Notes under the pieces: model-generated
Seen by the model: the letters and a program-made list of their open reading frames with translations, nothing else
What the model was told of the DNA's origin: nothing
Database searches by the model: none
In this document: positions 49,030 to 59,953 of the stretch, piece after piece
Layout of the letters: each line of letters starts with the position of its first letter
Position numbering within the stretch: position 1 is the stretch's first letter
Assembly (NCBI GenBank): GCA_050010755.1
Contig: JBEKKK010000003.1
Location: 96,001 to 160,000, forward strand
DNA from: Candidatus Bathyarchaeia archaeon
GTDB lineage: Archaea > Thermoproteota > Bathyarchaeia > Bathyarchaeales > Bathycorpusculaceae
DNA length: 64,000 nt
Direction of reading: 5' to 3'
Made by a program: the position numbers and the translations under genes

Positions 49030-50175
49030 ATGAACAAGAAATCAAGAGAACTGTTTTTAGCTCTGTTTGTCGCGGTGACGCTGCTGGGCAACTTGCCAAT
49101 AATCATGCCTACGGTCAAGGCTCAGCCGCCTGCACCATGCATGTATCTTGTGGGCGCATCGGGTACTAGTAATCAGACTTTTTACGCGAACGCTGCTTCG
49201 GTGGGGAGTCTTTTCAATGTTACCGGGTGGGTGAACACGACGGAGACCAGCACGGGGTGGTCTGCTGCATTGGATTTCAACGCTTCACAGCTTCAGTTCG
49301 TGAAGGAAGTGTTCAGCGGCTCGGGAGGCGCGGAAAGTCAGTGGTTCCAAAACTCCGGTATTCCCACGGCTGACATTATTCCCGAGTCGGCGACTTGGAA
49401 CAACACGGCTGGGACTATAGGCGAGCCTGGGGGTTTTGGCGAATCAGCGCTTGTGCCATATGTCACAACGAGCAATCTTGGCAGCCTGTTCATCATAGAG
49501 TTTAACATCACGCAGGCTCCTCCGTCGGGGGGCTCACTCTCAAGCATCATCCAATGGGACGCGAACGTTTCGTGCGCCTTCGATGAAAACGGCATCACCG
49601 AGTCAGGGTTCAACTATGGCAACTGCACTTACACTTTCTATGGGAGCGTTGTCCCATCTGAGGACGTTGCCATCACCAACGTGACCAGGTACAAGACTGT
49701 AGTCGGACAAGGCTACGGGGTAAACGTGACCGTTACAGCAGCAGACTTGGGCCAAGACACAGAAACGTTCAATGTCACAGTCTACGCAAACACAACCGTT
49801 GCTGTTTCCCAGAATGTCACGCTATCGGCTGGAACGTACGGAAACGTCACGTTTGTTTGGAACACCACGGGCTTTGCTAGAGGCAACTACACTATCAGTG
49901 CCTACGCTTGGCCTGTTCCAGGCGAAACGAACACGACGAACAACAACTGCACAGGAGGCTGGGTAATTGTTTCTATCGTTGGAGACATCACGGGTCTGAA
50001 CGGTTGGCCCGACGGACAGGTTAACATGCGAGACGTAGCCACGGTAGCCAGAGCCTTCGGCTCCAAGCCTGGATCAGGCAACTGGAACCCCAACGCAGAT
50101 ATTAACAACGACGGCACAGTTGACATGAAAGACATAGCCCTCGTCGTCCGAAACTTCGGACAACACGCCCCATAA
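49030..50175 (+). CDS. Secreted protein: cohesin-like + CARDB/Ig + dockerin
   Basis: Signal peptide, VGSLFNVTGW...LDFNASQLQ...GSLFIIEF, duplicated Ca-loop (DINNDGTVDMKD). Confidence 0.85.
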   Translation: MNKKSRELFLALFVAVTLLGNLPIIMPTVKAQPPAPCMYLVGASGTSNQTFYANAASVGSLFNVTGWVNTTETSTGWSAALDFNASQLQFVKEVFSGSGGAESQWFQNSGIPTADIIPESATWNNTAGTIGEPGGFGESALVPYVTTSNLGSLFIIEFNITQAPPSGGSLSSIIQWDANVSCAFDENGITESGFNYGNCTYTFYGSVVPSEDVAITNVTRYKTVVGQGYGVNVTVTAADLGQDTETFNVTVYANTTVAVSQNVTLSAGTYGNVTFVWNTTGFARGNYTISAYAWPVPGETNTTNNNCTGGWVIVSIVGDITGLNGWPDGQVNMRDVATVARAFGSKPGSGNWNPNADINNDGTVDMKDIALVVRNFGQHAP

Positions 50176-50249
50176 TCCCCTTCTAGCGAGCGCTAGAGGT
50201 TTGTTTCAGAAAGGTAGATAAGCGCCCAAATCGAAATACCCATGTAGCG

Positions 50250-51191
50250 TTGCTCGGGGAGGAGGGTAGTTTGAAGAGGACAGTTTCTGGGATACTGTTC
50301 ATGCTGCTTTTGATAGCGACGTTCACACTTGCATTTGACCTCGGACCCGCCTCGGCGCGCGCGCTAGCTGTTCCTCCAACAATCAGGAATATTTCTCAGG
50401 TTCCTGACGTAAACAGCGTTAATGACAGCCAAGCTGTGGCAGTGTCGGCTAACGTGACGGACAACAGCGGCACAGGATTTGCGAACGTTACCCTCGTCTA
50501 TTCACCCGATGGTTGGACTATAAACTCCACTGCTGCAATGACGCCGAACGGTGCAACTGGGTTGTACGGTGGCACCATTCCAGGATTTTTGAGCGGAACG
50601 GTCGTCTACTATGTCATCCAGGCCTACGACAACAGCGGAGGCTTTACGGAAAGTACGCGCGGGACCTATACAGTCGTCTCAAAAGCGCAGGCGGTGCTGG
50701 TTACAGAGATAACACCCAGCACTACGTGGGTTTACCAAGGGCATGTTGTCAACGTCAACGTAACGGTCAGCAACGTCGGAGGTTCTGCCGAAAAGGTTTG
50801 GGTCACCCTGTTCTACAACTTAGCAGCCGAACTAATCATAGGTGCATATACCTCCGCCGTTATCCTGAATATGGGGCAAAACTACACGTTTCCGTTCACA
50901 TGGAACACAACAGGCATACCCATCAACTATCCTGGCTACACGCTGACAGCAGTGGCCATGATTAGCGGAGGCTCGAACACACTCTCCGGGAACATAACGG
51001 TCAGACTCATTGGCGATGTCAACGGGGACGGAAAGGTTGATCTGAGAGACCTCGCGTTGGCTGCTAGAGCATTCGGTTCCACTCCAACAAGTCCAAACTG
51101 GAACCCAGCCGCAGACATAAACGGCGACGGCAAGGTCGACTTGAAAGACATCGCGTTGATAGCCAGAAACTTCGGACAACGCTACTCATAA
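50250..51191 (+). CDS. Secreted Ig + CARDB + dockerin protein
   Basis: Signal peptide, VYYVIQAYD Ig module, GDVNGDGKVDLRD...DINGDGKVDLKD; start may be TTG 50271. Confidence 0.87.
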   Translation: MLGEEGSLKRTVSGILFMLLLIATFTLAFDLGPASARALAVPPTIRNISQVPDVNSVNDSQAVAVSANVTDNSGTGFANVTLVYSPDGWTINSTAAMTPNGATGLYGGTIPGFLSGTVVYYVIQAYDNSGGFTESTRGTYTVVSKAQAVLVTEITPSTTWVYQGHVVNVNVTVSNVGGSAEKVWVTLFYNLAAELIIGAYTSAVILNMGQNYTFPFTWNTTGIPINYPGYTLTAVAMISGGSNTLSGNITVRLIGDVNGDGKVDLRDLALAARAFGSTPTSPNWNPAADINGDGKVDLKDIALIARNFGQRYS

Positions 51192-51317
51192 TCCCTTTTT
51201 GCAGCGATGCTCGGTATAGCGCGTGCTGGCTTTGTCTTGTGAAGTCGGTTCGTTTCGAGTAAGGTTTGGGCCGTCATGGGTGTTGTTTGTTTCTTGGGCC
51301 GTTTTGCGGGTGTGTGG

Positions 51318-51815
51318 TTAGGCGAGTTGTGACAGTGTGTTGCTGGTTAGGGTGATTTCCGTATCTAGTGGGGCTTGGTATGATTGTATTTCGATTTTGA
51401 GCTCGTTCTGGAGGTAGGTTTCGAATTCATGGAACACAGGACTGTCTGTGTTGTTGAGTTTAATGCACTTGTTTTTTCCGTGTTGTACGGAGCTGAGGTC
51501 GAAGAGGGCTATGTTTTTGGAGTAGTCGGGTTTTTTGAGGACGGTGTTGTACATGTCTTGTGAGGGCGGTTCTGAGAAGAGCCAGGCTTGGTGGGATTGT
51601 TCAACGACTGTGTAGAGGAGTCCTTTGTGGACTATGCATTTTCTGTTTGTGATTATGGTTTTGAATGAGGCTGGGTTGACGTTTTTGGCTGAGAGGAAGT
51701 TGTGGTATTCGTTGTCGAGTTCGACCCAGTCTTCGTTTTCGGATGTTCTCCAGCCGCGGAGTCGGCAAAACTGTTTGAAGCTGGTGACGATTTCCCATAT
51801 TCTGGAAATGTTCAT
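51318..51815 (-). CDS. Hypothetical protein
   Basis: 165-aa ORF with SD GGGAAAG. Confidence 0.75.
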   Translation of the reverse strand: MNISRIWEIVTSFKQFCRLRGWRTSENEDWVELDNEYHNFLSAKNVNPASFKTIITNRKCIVHKGLLYTVVEQSHQAWLFSEPPSQDMYNTVLKKPDYSKNIALFDLSSVQHGKNKCIKLNNTDSPVFHEFETYLQNELKIEIQSYQAPLDTEITLTSNTLSQLA

Positions 51816-52064
51816 AATCTTTCCCCGAGTTGGAGCCTTGTTCTAGAACAAAGTTCTATTCTATCGGCCGAAGGAATTAAGTGTTTCTGTAACCACTTTC
51901 CGCAAAAATGAATATTTTCAGTCCAATTATTTGCGGTTTTAATTGCAAATACATGCGTTACACACAAATTCGCGGACAAATGGCGGCTATGGGTTTTTCC
52001 ATGGAAATGTCTAGGAACACGCTCTTTTGATGATAAGGAATAAATTCATACGAGTTCACTCTGA

Positions 52065-52583
52065 ATGGCGGAGACGCAGGAATTGAGAGTCAAGAACAAT
52101 ACGGTTTCCTTGGATGCCATGGACATCGAGATTCTGAGAGCACTGCAGAAGGATAGCAGCGAAACATACGCTGCCATGGGCAAGCGGTTTGGAATCGCTC
52201 ATTCAACGGTGCGTGACAGGATACGGAAGATGGAGCAGCAGGGGGTAATACAGAACTATACGGCCACCATCGACGCTGAGAAGATTGGATTAAGAAACAT
52301 AACAGCGATGATGACGGTTTACACGGATCCCAAGGAAACTGAGAGAGTGGCTGAGAAGTTGGCAGCGCTGCCAGAAGTTCTCGAGGCCTACACGTCCCTT
52401 TCAGAAGAACTCCTTATCATCGCAAAAGTGTCGGCGGCAAGCCAGGAAAACCTACATGAGTTCATAGCCAACTCTGTCGCTCCCCTGCCTGGAGTCTCGA
52501 GAATTCGCACGTCAATCATCACGAAAAAGTTTAAAGAAACCCAATTTTCAATCACAGAGGCGTCAAAAAAGGTAAATTTATAA
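52065..52583 (+). CDS. Lrp/AsnC family regulator
   Basis: LDAMDIEILRALQ, STVRDRIRKME..GVI, RIRTSII. Confidence 0.93.
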   Translation: MAETQELRVKNNTVSLDAMDIEILRALQKDSSETYAAMGKRFGIAHSTVRDRIRKMEQQGVIQNYTATIDAEKIGLRNITAMMTVYTDPKETERVAEKLAALPEVLEAYTSLSEELLIIAKVSAASQENLHEFIANSVAPLPGVSRIRTSIITKKFKETQFSITEASKKVNL

Positions 52584-52618
52584 AAGAGTATGCGATATCA
52601 AACACGGACTGACGAGTT

Positions 52619-52963
52619 ATGACTATGAATACGGATTCAAAGATCCTCAAAACAGTTCCGAGGGAGAAAGCGTTCTATTTCTTCACGTCGATTGGAAACT
52701 ACACTGGATCGAGCGCAGCGTCCCTGAAGGAATTCATGGGAAGAATAAACGAGGTTAACGTGAAGTCCTTGGAGTTTCACCTGGGCCGCGGAGACTTTGA
52801 AAAATGGGTAGCAGAGGTCCTGCAGGATCAAGAACTCGCGGGCGAAATCAAAAGGTTGCAGAAGCTAAACCTCACGGGCAACGGCCTGAGGGACCAACTC
52901 AGCTTTGTCGTTTCGCGACGTGTGAAAAGATTGACAACTCAACCTACCCCTAGCCGCTACTAA
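52619..52963 (+). CDS. DUF5752-like protein
   Basis: KAFYF...AASL.EF...SLEFHL.RGDFEKWV. Confidence 0.8.
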   Translation: MTMNTDSKILKTVPREKAFYFFTSIGNYTGSSAASLKEFMGRINEVNVKSLEFHLGRGDFEKWVAEVLQDQELAGEIKRLQKLNLTGNGLRDQLSFVVSRRVKRLTTQPTPSRY

Positions 52964-53114
52964 GAGCTCATACAAATTATCCAGCTCGCCTGCGGACAAA
53001 GACTGGCGAGATTTAAGAAAGCCGTCTTCGCTCTTGCGTCTTAGCTTTTCGTTCTAGATGAGTCTAACCATTGGCAAAAAACGTTTCTAAAACAGTGGAA
53101 GGAACAAGCCTGTC

Positions 53115-55265
53115 TCAATAAGCCGTCGTACGCGTGCCAAAGAACCTAACCACTATGGCCATGTCTTTCATGTTAACTTTACCGTCACAGTTTACGTCTG
53201 CGGCCAGGTTCCAGTTTGGACTGCCCGGGGTGGAGCCGAAGGCGCGGGCTACCAGAATTATATCTTTCATGTCGATTTTTCCGTCCCCGTTTACGTCGCC
53301 TCTGAGCCTGACAGTTATGTTGCCGTCAATAAATGTGTTCGAACCCGTTGGTATGGTTGCCACAGCTGCTAATGTATAAATGCCCACTGGCACGCCCACA
53401 GTACTCCAAACGAACGTGTGTGTGTAGTTTTGGTTCATCTCGAGATGAATTTGAAGCGCTCCTATGACCTGGTTGGCCGTTATGTTATAGTAGAGGGTGA
53501 TCATCGCGTCTTCGGCGAAGTCTCCGATGTTCCAGACTGTGACGGTGATGTTGGCGCATTCATGTGGAATGACGGGTATGTCTTGGTAAGTCCACGGTGG
53601 CCCCGTGACGCTTGTCACGATGACTTCGTGGATGCCTGTTATGTAAATGCCTGTTATTGTTCCGCATTCCTCAGTTACGTTGAGCGATGCCGACTCTAGC
53701 GTCGACAAGCCGGTGGTCGAATTCCAATGGTATGTCGTCACGCTGCCGACCAATCGCGGCAGAAACTCGAAGGTGTGAGTGGACCCGACGAGCCATATGA
53801 ACGACAAAGGCAGCTGCGCCGCAGAATATCCGACGGAGTCTACGATGACCACGGTACCATTGTAGTCAGAACCTACTCCAAGCTGATCAAATGTGACTGA
53901 AGCCTTCGGCGGTACGCTGATGGGAAGTATCTCGATGATAGGGCCAACCCACTCCGTAGCGATTGCCACGCCACCATCGATGGGATCTTTCCCGTCATAG
54001 ACGCTGACAATTACCGTAGCTGCGCCTGAGAACGCCGACTTCGGAATGCAACTGCTGCAAACGGGTACGCTAATTGTCCAGTTCTTGTACTCACCCCATG
54101 CTGCACCTTCCACAGTCGTCGTGAACTCTGCAGTTCCTATCGTAACATTCAGGTTGTCTGATATTTCAGCCAGAATAAGAATGGGGTATGGTTGACTAGT
54201 CGGGAGTTGTTGCATGTAGTATGAGCCGTAGGTCACGTAAACGTTAACGGGGTCGCCGTGGCCGTATCCAGGAGGTGGACCTGGCTCGGGCGGTGGATTG
54301 TCCGTCGTGACGTTCCAGACGTGCACGATGTAGTCATACTGGAATTGCATCGAATCTTCGACAAACTGATCGGCAACCTGAACTATCGTGGTCACCGTCC
54401 AAGTTCCAAGCAGACCGTCCGGGTTTGGGGATTGCCATGGCATTCTAACACTGACGCTGGCAACCCCAATCGAGTCTGTCACACTACCGAGCGTAGCGTA
54501 CAACGCGGAGTTTGGTTCCTGAATTTCGAAGGCAACCGTCTCGTTTTGCACCGGAACGCTGTTTGCGGTTACGAAAGCATTTAGGTATATCAAGGTCTGA
54601 GGCTCAACTACGTCCATCGGATTGTTGGGACCTTCTCCGCCGTATGGAGCTGGGAACGCTAAATCGGTTTGCTCAATGATGCCAACCAGGTTTCCATGGC
54701 CACCGTTTACTGCCCCACCGTATAGGTCCACATTCAAACCTGATTGAGTCTTCGCATACTGGAATTGCATCATATCCTCGGCTGACTGATTGGCAGCTTG
54801 TATTGTTGCGTTCACGGTCCAGGTGCCAAGAAGACTCTCTGGGTTTGTTGATGGCCATGGCATCCTAGCACTGACGCTGGCAACCCCAATCGAGTCTGTA
54901 AAACCCATAAGTGTAGTGTACAATGTAGAGTTTACTTCTTCACCGTAAATGGGTTCAAAAATTTCGAAGGCAACCGTCTCGTTTTGCACCGGAGCGCTGT
55001 TTTCGGTTACGTACGCGTTCAGGTAGATCAACGTTTGAGGCTCAACGGCGTTCATCGGATTGTTCGAGCCTTGTCCACCAAAAGGAGCCTGAAACGCCAA
55101 ATCGATTAGCTCGTGGACGCCAACCAAGCCTCCAGTGCCGCCGTTCACCGCCCCACCATAAAGATCGACAGCCAAAGTTGATAGAGCCCCAACTGGAAGA
55201 GCCCTAACGCACATGAAGGCTAGGGTAATGATAATCAAAAATAGAATAGTCACTTTGGCCCTCAA
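53115..55265 (-). CDS. Secreted multi-Ig protein with duplicated N-domain and C-terminal dockerin
   Basis: Signal peptide, two VDLYGGAVNGG modules, GDVNGDGKIDMKD. Confidence 0.88.
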   Translation of the reverse strand: MRAKVTILFLIIITLAFMCVRALPVGALSTLAVDLYGGAVNGGTGGLVGVHELIDLAFQAPFGGQGSNNPMNAVEPQTLIYLNAYVTENSAPVQNETVAFEIFEPIYGEEVNSTLYTTLMGFTDSIGVASVSARMPWPSTNPESLLGTWTVNATIQAANQSAEDMMQFQYAKTQSGLNVDLYGGAVNGGHGNLVGIIEQTDLAFPAPYGGEGPNNPMDVVEPQTLIYLNAFVTANSVPVQNETVAFEIQEPNSALYATLGSVTDSIGVASVSVRMPWQSPNPDGLLGTWTVTTIVQVADQFVEDSMQFQYDYIVHVWNVTTDNPPPEPGPPPGYGHGDPVNVYVTYGSYYMQQLPTSQPYPILILAEISDNLNVTIGTAEFTTTVEGAAWGEYKNWTISVPVCSSCIPKSAFSGAATVIVSVYDGKDPIDGGVAIATEWVGPIIEILPISVPPKASVTFDQLGVGSDYNGTVVIVDSVGYSAAQLPLSFIWLVGSTHTFEFLPRLVGSVTTYHWNSTTGLSTLESASLNVTEECGTITGIYITGIHEVIVTSVTGPPWTYQDIPVIPHECANITVTVWNIGDFAEDAMITLYYNITANQVIGALQIHLEMNQNYTHTFVWSTVGVPVGIYTLAAVATIPTGSNTFIDGNITVRLRGDVNGDGKIDMKDIILVARAFGSTPGSPNWNLAADVNCDGKVNMKDMAIVVRFFGTRTTAY

Positions 55266-55382
55266 TGAAAGCCCTTTCCCTCTCCCTTCTACAACTATTT
55301 CACGGTTACGTTGATTTAAATGTTTGCTCCACTAGAGTCTGCACGTCAGTTTGAACGAATCTTTGCTCAACTTGGGGAAGGA

Positions 55383-57113
55383 CTAGTAGGTCGCTTGGCT
55401 GCCAAAGAACCTGACTACTAAGGCCATGTCTTTCATGTCAACGACACCGTCACAGTTTATGTCAGCGGCCGGGTTCCAGTTGGAGCTGTTCGGAGTGGAT
55501 CCGAAGGCACGGGCCACCAACACGATGTCTCTCAAGTCGACCCTTCCGTCTCCGTTCACATCGCCTTTGATTCTGACGGTTATGTTACCGTCTACGTAGA
55601 TGAAGGAACCCGTTGGTATCGTTGCCACGGCCGTCAACGTGTAGGTTCGAGTTGGTATGCCAACAGTCTTCCAAATAAAAAGATGAGTGAAGTTTTGTCC
55701 TACTTCAAGATGGACCTGGAACGAGCCTACGAGTTGATTGGCGGTTATATTATAATAGAGGTAGACCGTTGCGTTTTCGGGAAAGTCTCCCACGTTCTCG
55801 ACCGTGACAGTGATGTTGGCACATTCATGAGGGATCACGGGTATGTCCTGGTACGTGTATGTTGGCGCCGAGACGTTAGTGATGATAACTGCGTGGAGGC
55901 CGGTTACGTAGTTGCCTATTATGTTTTCGCAGACAGCGGTCACGGTGATCGATGCCGACTGTAGGGTAAACAGACCGGTGGTGGAAACCCACTGGTACTT
56001 CCTGATACTGCCGACCAATGGTGACAGAAACGTGAAGTTGTGCGTGGAGCTGAGTATCCATATGAATGAAACAGGCAGTTGCGACAAGGAGTAGTTGACT
56101 CCGTCGACGATAAGCACGGTGCCATTGAAATCTGTGCCGACTCCCGTTACAAAAAAGGTTAGTGAACCTTTCGGCGGGACGCTTATGGGGAGTATCTCAA
56201 CCGTTGGACCTACCCACTCTGGCGTGATTGCCACACCGCCCTCTGATGGTTCTAATCCATCGAAGACGGAGATAGACACGGTGGCTAGGCCTGCGGCGGC
56301 GAACTTCGGTACGTCCAGGTTAACGTTAATTGTAGAGTTCTTGTACTCACCCCATGCTGCTCCTCCAACTGTTGTGGTGATTTCTGCGGTTCCTATCGTC
56401 ACGTTCAGGTTGTCTGTTACTTCGGCTAGGATGAGGACCGGGTACGGTTGGCTGGTCGGCAGTTGTTGCATGTAGTATGAGCCGTAGGTCACGTGGATGT
56501 TTAGAGGGTCGCCGTGGCCGTATCCCGCGGGGGGGCCAGGCTCGGGCAACGGGTTGTCCGTTGTTACGTTCCAGACGTGGACGATATAGTCATACTGGAA
56601 TTGCATCATATCCTCGGCTGACTTTGCCGCAACTTGTACTGTTGCATTCACGGTCCACGTGCCAAGCAGACCGTCCGGGTTTGCGGATGGCCACGGCATC
56701 CTAGTGCTGAAGCTGGCAACTCCCATCGAGTCTGTCACATTCCAAAGTTCAGCGTACGACGTAAAGTTTGGTTCCTGCAGCAGGAAGGTAACGTTCTCAT
56801 TTGACAACGGAAAGCTGTTTTCCGTAACGTATGCGTTCAAGTAGACCAGCGTTTGAGGCTCAACGACGTCCATCGGATTGTTAGGGCCCTCTCCGCCGTA
56901 TGGAGCTGGGAACGCTAAATCGGTTTGCTCAATGATGCCAACAAGGTTTCCATGACCACCGTTCACTGCACCCCCGTATAGGTCCACAGTCAAACCTGAT
57001 AGAGCCTTCACAGGAGCAATCTCGGTGCACATGAAGGCGAAGGCAACACTGATCAACAAGAACAACATTAATGTTCTTCTAATAGAAAGCCCTCCGCCCC
57101 TTTGCTTCAACAA
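55383..57113 (-). CDS. Secreted multi-Ig dockerin protein, close paralog of 53115..55265
   Basis: Same modules, with near-identical DNA tracts. Confidence 0.88.
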   Translation of the reverse strand: MLKQRGGGLSIRRTLMLFLLISVAFAFMCTEIAPVKALSGLTVDLYGGAVNGGHGNLVGIIEQTDLAFPAPYGGEGPNNPMDVVEPQTLVYLNAYVTENSFPLSNENVTFLLQEPNFTSYAELWNVTDSMGVASFSTRMPWPSANPDGLLGTWTVNATVQVAAKSAEDMMQFQYDYIVHVWNVTTDNPLPEPGPPAGYGHGDPLNIHVTYGSYYMQQLPTSQPYPVLILAEVTDNLNVTIGTAEITTTVGGAAWGEYKNSTINVNLDVPKFAAAGLATVSISVFDGLEPSEGGVAITPEWVGPTVEILPISVPPKGSLTFFVTGVGTDFNGTVLIVDGVNYSLSQLPVSFIWILSSTHNFTFLSPLVGSIRKYQWVSTTGLFTLQSASITVTAVCENIIGNYVTGLHAVIITNVSAPTYTYQDIPVIPHECANITVTVENVGDFPENATVYLYYNITANQLVGSFQVHLEVGQNFTHLFIWKTVGIPTRTYTLTAVATIPTGSFIYVDGNITVRIKGDVNGDGRVDLRDIVLVARAFGSTPNSSNWNPAADINCDGVVDMKDMALVVRFFGSQATY

Positions 57114-57188
57114 TCATTTCATCCCTGAATACGATTGCTCAATACTTGCCCAATCATTTGCGAACTCTATCTTTCGCTCCAACGCGCA

Positions 57189-59570
57189 CTAGTAGGTCGT
57201 AAAGGCGCCTATGTTTCTGGCTATTAGAGCTAAGTCTTTCATGTCAACTACGCCGTCGCCGTTTATGTCAGCTGCCGGGTTCCAGTTCGGGCTGCTTGGG
57301 CTTTGGCCGAAAAGCATTGCCACGGTCGCGATGTCCCTTAAATCAACTCTCCCGTCGCCGTTGACATCGCCAACAAGTCTGACGGTTATGTTACCGCCGA
57401 TAAACGTGCCCGAACCCGAGGGTATCGTTACCACCGCTGCTAGCGTGTATGTGTGGCACGACACGGTTCCAGTGTTCCACATAAATGTGAGCGTGAAGTT
57501 TTGTCCTTTCTGCAGGAACACAGGGTATGCGCTTATGCGACCGGTTGCCGTTTTGTTGTAGTATGTGATGATGACCCACGCGCTTTCGTTGAATTGCCCG
57601 ATGTCGCTGACTGTGACGCTGATGTTGACGCTGAACCCGTGATAGACCCACAGGGGCGCCGTTATATTTGTAACTACAACGTTATGGGCGCCAGTCGTGT
57701 AGTCGCCAATCACGCTTCCAGGGCCGCCGATGGTTATTGTGGCAGACTGCAGAGTCGACAAGCCCGTTGTAGAGGTCCAGAAGTACTGCTTTGCAGGCGA
57801 AACGACGACGAGTGGCGACTGGAACGCGAAACTGTGCGTTGAGCCACTGTTGTACCAGAATGAAGTCGGCAGACTACTGACGCTATAGTTTGAGCCGTCT
57901 ACGATGATCACTGTGCCCGTGAAGTCCGAGCCAACGCCTGATTGATTGAAAGTGACATAATATTGGGTCACGTAGTTCGCGGTCACTGTCTTATTTCCGT
58001 CCATCATAACCGTCGTTGATGGTGAGCTTGGGCTGGTTATTTCCTGCATGTTAGTTGTTGTCCAGCCGGTGAATTGGTATTGGGAAATACTGGACATTAT
58101 CGTGACGCTCTGGTTTGCCGTTATTGGCGCTGAAGAACCTGCAGAATAGAGCCCCTGTCCAGTGGGAGTGCCGATGTCAGGCGGGTTTGTGACCACCGTT
58201 AGGAAATACTGCGCAGTCGTAAAGGTTATAGCTTGACTTACGTTGGCGCTGCTGACCGTGATAGAACCAGACGCTGGAGAGGCCGCGTAGCCTAGGACAA
58301 TGCCGACGGTGTATGGATAACCGCCATTGCTGATCCCTGAGAATGTGATAGTATCGGACGTTGAAGACTGTGTCACTCCGTTAAACGTCACGTTCCACAT
58401 TGTGCCGGATGTTAAGCCGCTTTCGGTGAAGGACACAGAAAAAGTCTGCCCTGAGACAAAGTTGGCAGTTATCGTGCCTGGACTGCTGACGTTTGCCGTT
58501 GTGGAAGCTGATGATGGATTGCTCAATGTTATTGATCCCGTGGTCGTCCAGTTGGAGAACTTGAAGCCAGAGTTGGGCGTCGCGGATATCGGAAGCCCTC
58601 CAGCGTCCTCCCAGACATTCGTTCCCGATGGAGTAGTTGTTCCGCCTCCCGAAGGACTGACGGCAAACGATACTTCGTACTGAGTTTTGTAAGAGCCAGT
58701 CACGGTCTCGGTTGCTGAGACTGTTAAGGGCGAAGTGACGTTAACTCCCGTGTTGACGAACTGTTTGCCAGAAACGCTGCTTGAAACATTGGTCTGATAC
58801 GCAAAGAGTAGAGTGTCTCCAGTGTTGGCTGAAGTGATATTCGGCAGTTGGCTGAAAGTCTTCGCTGTGCCATTAACGGTTACAACCGTTCCAGAAGCAG
58901 AACTGTCCAGGCCAGATTGGGCGAAGGTGATCTGCTGTTTCGAAACAACGCTACTGCTGAAAGTGTAGGTGCAGTTGCCGTAATTGAATCCTGGCTCTTC
59001 GATGCCAAGATTATCAAAACCGTAAGAAAGGAGAGAGTCCCATTGGATGATGCTTGAGAGTGAGCCGCCCGGCGCAGGAGCCTGAGTGATATTAAACTCT
59101 ACGATGAACAAACTGCCAACGTCGATTGTGGCTAGGCCCGTACCCAAAATTGTTTCGCCAAAACCGTTAGGCTCGCCAATCGTGCCATCTGTGTTGTTCC
59201 AGACCGAGGGCTCTTGAACAAGGCTCGAAACGGCAATCCCGTTGGTCTCCATCCACAGGCTTTCTTTGCCCCCTGTGCCACTGAACGTAGCGGTCACTAC
59301 TTGAAGCTGTGACGGGTCGAAGAATAGTCCAGCAGACCAACCAGAGCTGCTGTCGGGGGCATCGATCCAACCGGTCACGTTGAATAGTGTGCCCACTGAA
59401 GCAGTGTTGGTGCTGAAAGTTTCGGTGCTCGGGTCAAGGTATAGTGATGGTTGGGGGGGCTGAGCCTTTACTCTTGGCGTGACCACTTGAAGGCCTAAAA
59501 TCTGTAAACCGACCATTAACATTGCCATGACAACTAGAGTCGAAATAATCTTGCTCAGTTTTCTATTCAT
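57189..59570 (-). CDS. Secreted cohesin-like + Ig/InlB-B-like repeats + CARDB + dockerin protein
   Basis: N-domain paralogous to 49030; VSFTESGL..GT.W.VT module; C-terminal dockerin. Confidence 0.88.
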   Translation of the reverse strand: MNRKLSKIISTLVVMAMLMVGLQILGLQVVTPRVKAQPPQPSLYLDPSTETFSTNTASVGTLFNVTGWIDAPDSSSGWSAGLFFDPSQLQVVTATFSGTGGKESLWMETNGIAVSSLVQEPSVWNNTDGTIGEPNGFGETILGTGLATIDVGSLFIVEFNITQAPAPGGSLSSIIQWDSLLSYGFDNLGIEEPGFNYGNCTYTFSSSVVSKQQITFAQSGLDSSASGTVVTVNGTAKTFSQLPNITSANTGDTLLFAYQTNVSSSVSGKQFVNTGVNVTSPLTVSATETVTGSYKTQYEVSFAVSPSGGGTTTPSGTNVWEDAGGLPISATPNSGFKFSNWTTTGSITLSNPSSASTTANVSSPGTITANFVSGQTFSVSFTESGLTSGTMWNVTFNGVTQSSTSDTITFSGISNGGYPYTVGIVLGYAASPASGSITVSSANVSQAITFTTAQYFLTVVTNPPDIGTPTGQGLYSAGSSAPITANQSVTIMSSISQYQFTGWTTTNMQEITSPSSPSTTVMMDGNKTVTANYVTQYYVTFNQSGVGSDFTGTVIIVDGSNYSVSSLPTSFWYNSGSTHSFAFQSPLVVVSPAKQYFWTSTTGLSTLQSATITIGGPGSVIGDYTTGAHNVVVTNITAPLWVYHGFSVNISVTVSDIGQFNESAWVIITYYNKTATGRISAYPVFLQKGQNFTLTFMWNTGTVSCHTYTLAAVVTIPSGSGTFIGGNITVRLVGDVNGDGRVDLRDIATVAMLFGQSPSSPNWNPAADINGDGVVDMKDLALIARNIGAFTTY

Positions 59571-59953
59571 TTTTTACGCCATTCTCCTTTATTCGAATGA
59601 AATTTGCTATGGCGCAAGGCTCGCGCCTTCTGTCTTTCTCTCTTACCCTCATCTATCAAGTTTTGCGACCGAGCCTATTATTGTTTCTGGAATAATCCTC
59701 CATGTCGTATTTCGTTCAGAATATCGCTAGGCCGCGATCCTTTGAAGCATGAGCATCTAAGCGAGCTATCCTTTGGGCTGAAGCCTTTTCATGATGATAT
59801 ATCAGAGTTGAACATATAGAGGTATCTTACATAGCTGATTAAATAGTTCCGTGTTCATGATTTTTTTGAAGTTAAAAGGAAGGAGTAGGCTTCGATGCGC
59901 GATTTGACGGGAGGTTAGCGCTGAAAAGCCGCCAGAAACTGGCAGTGTTGTGA

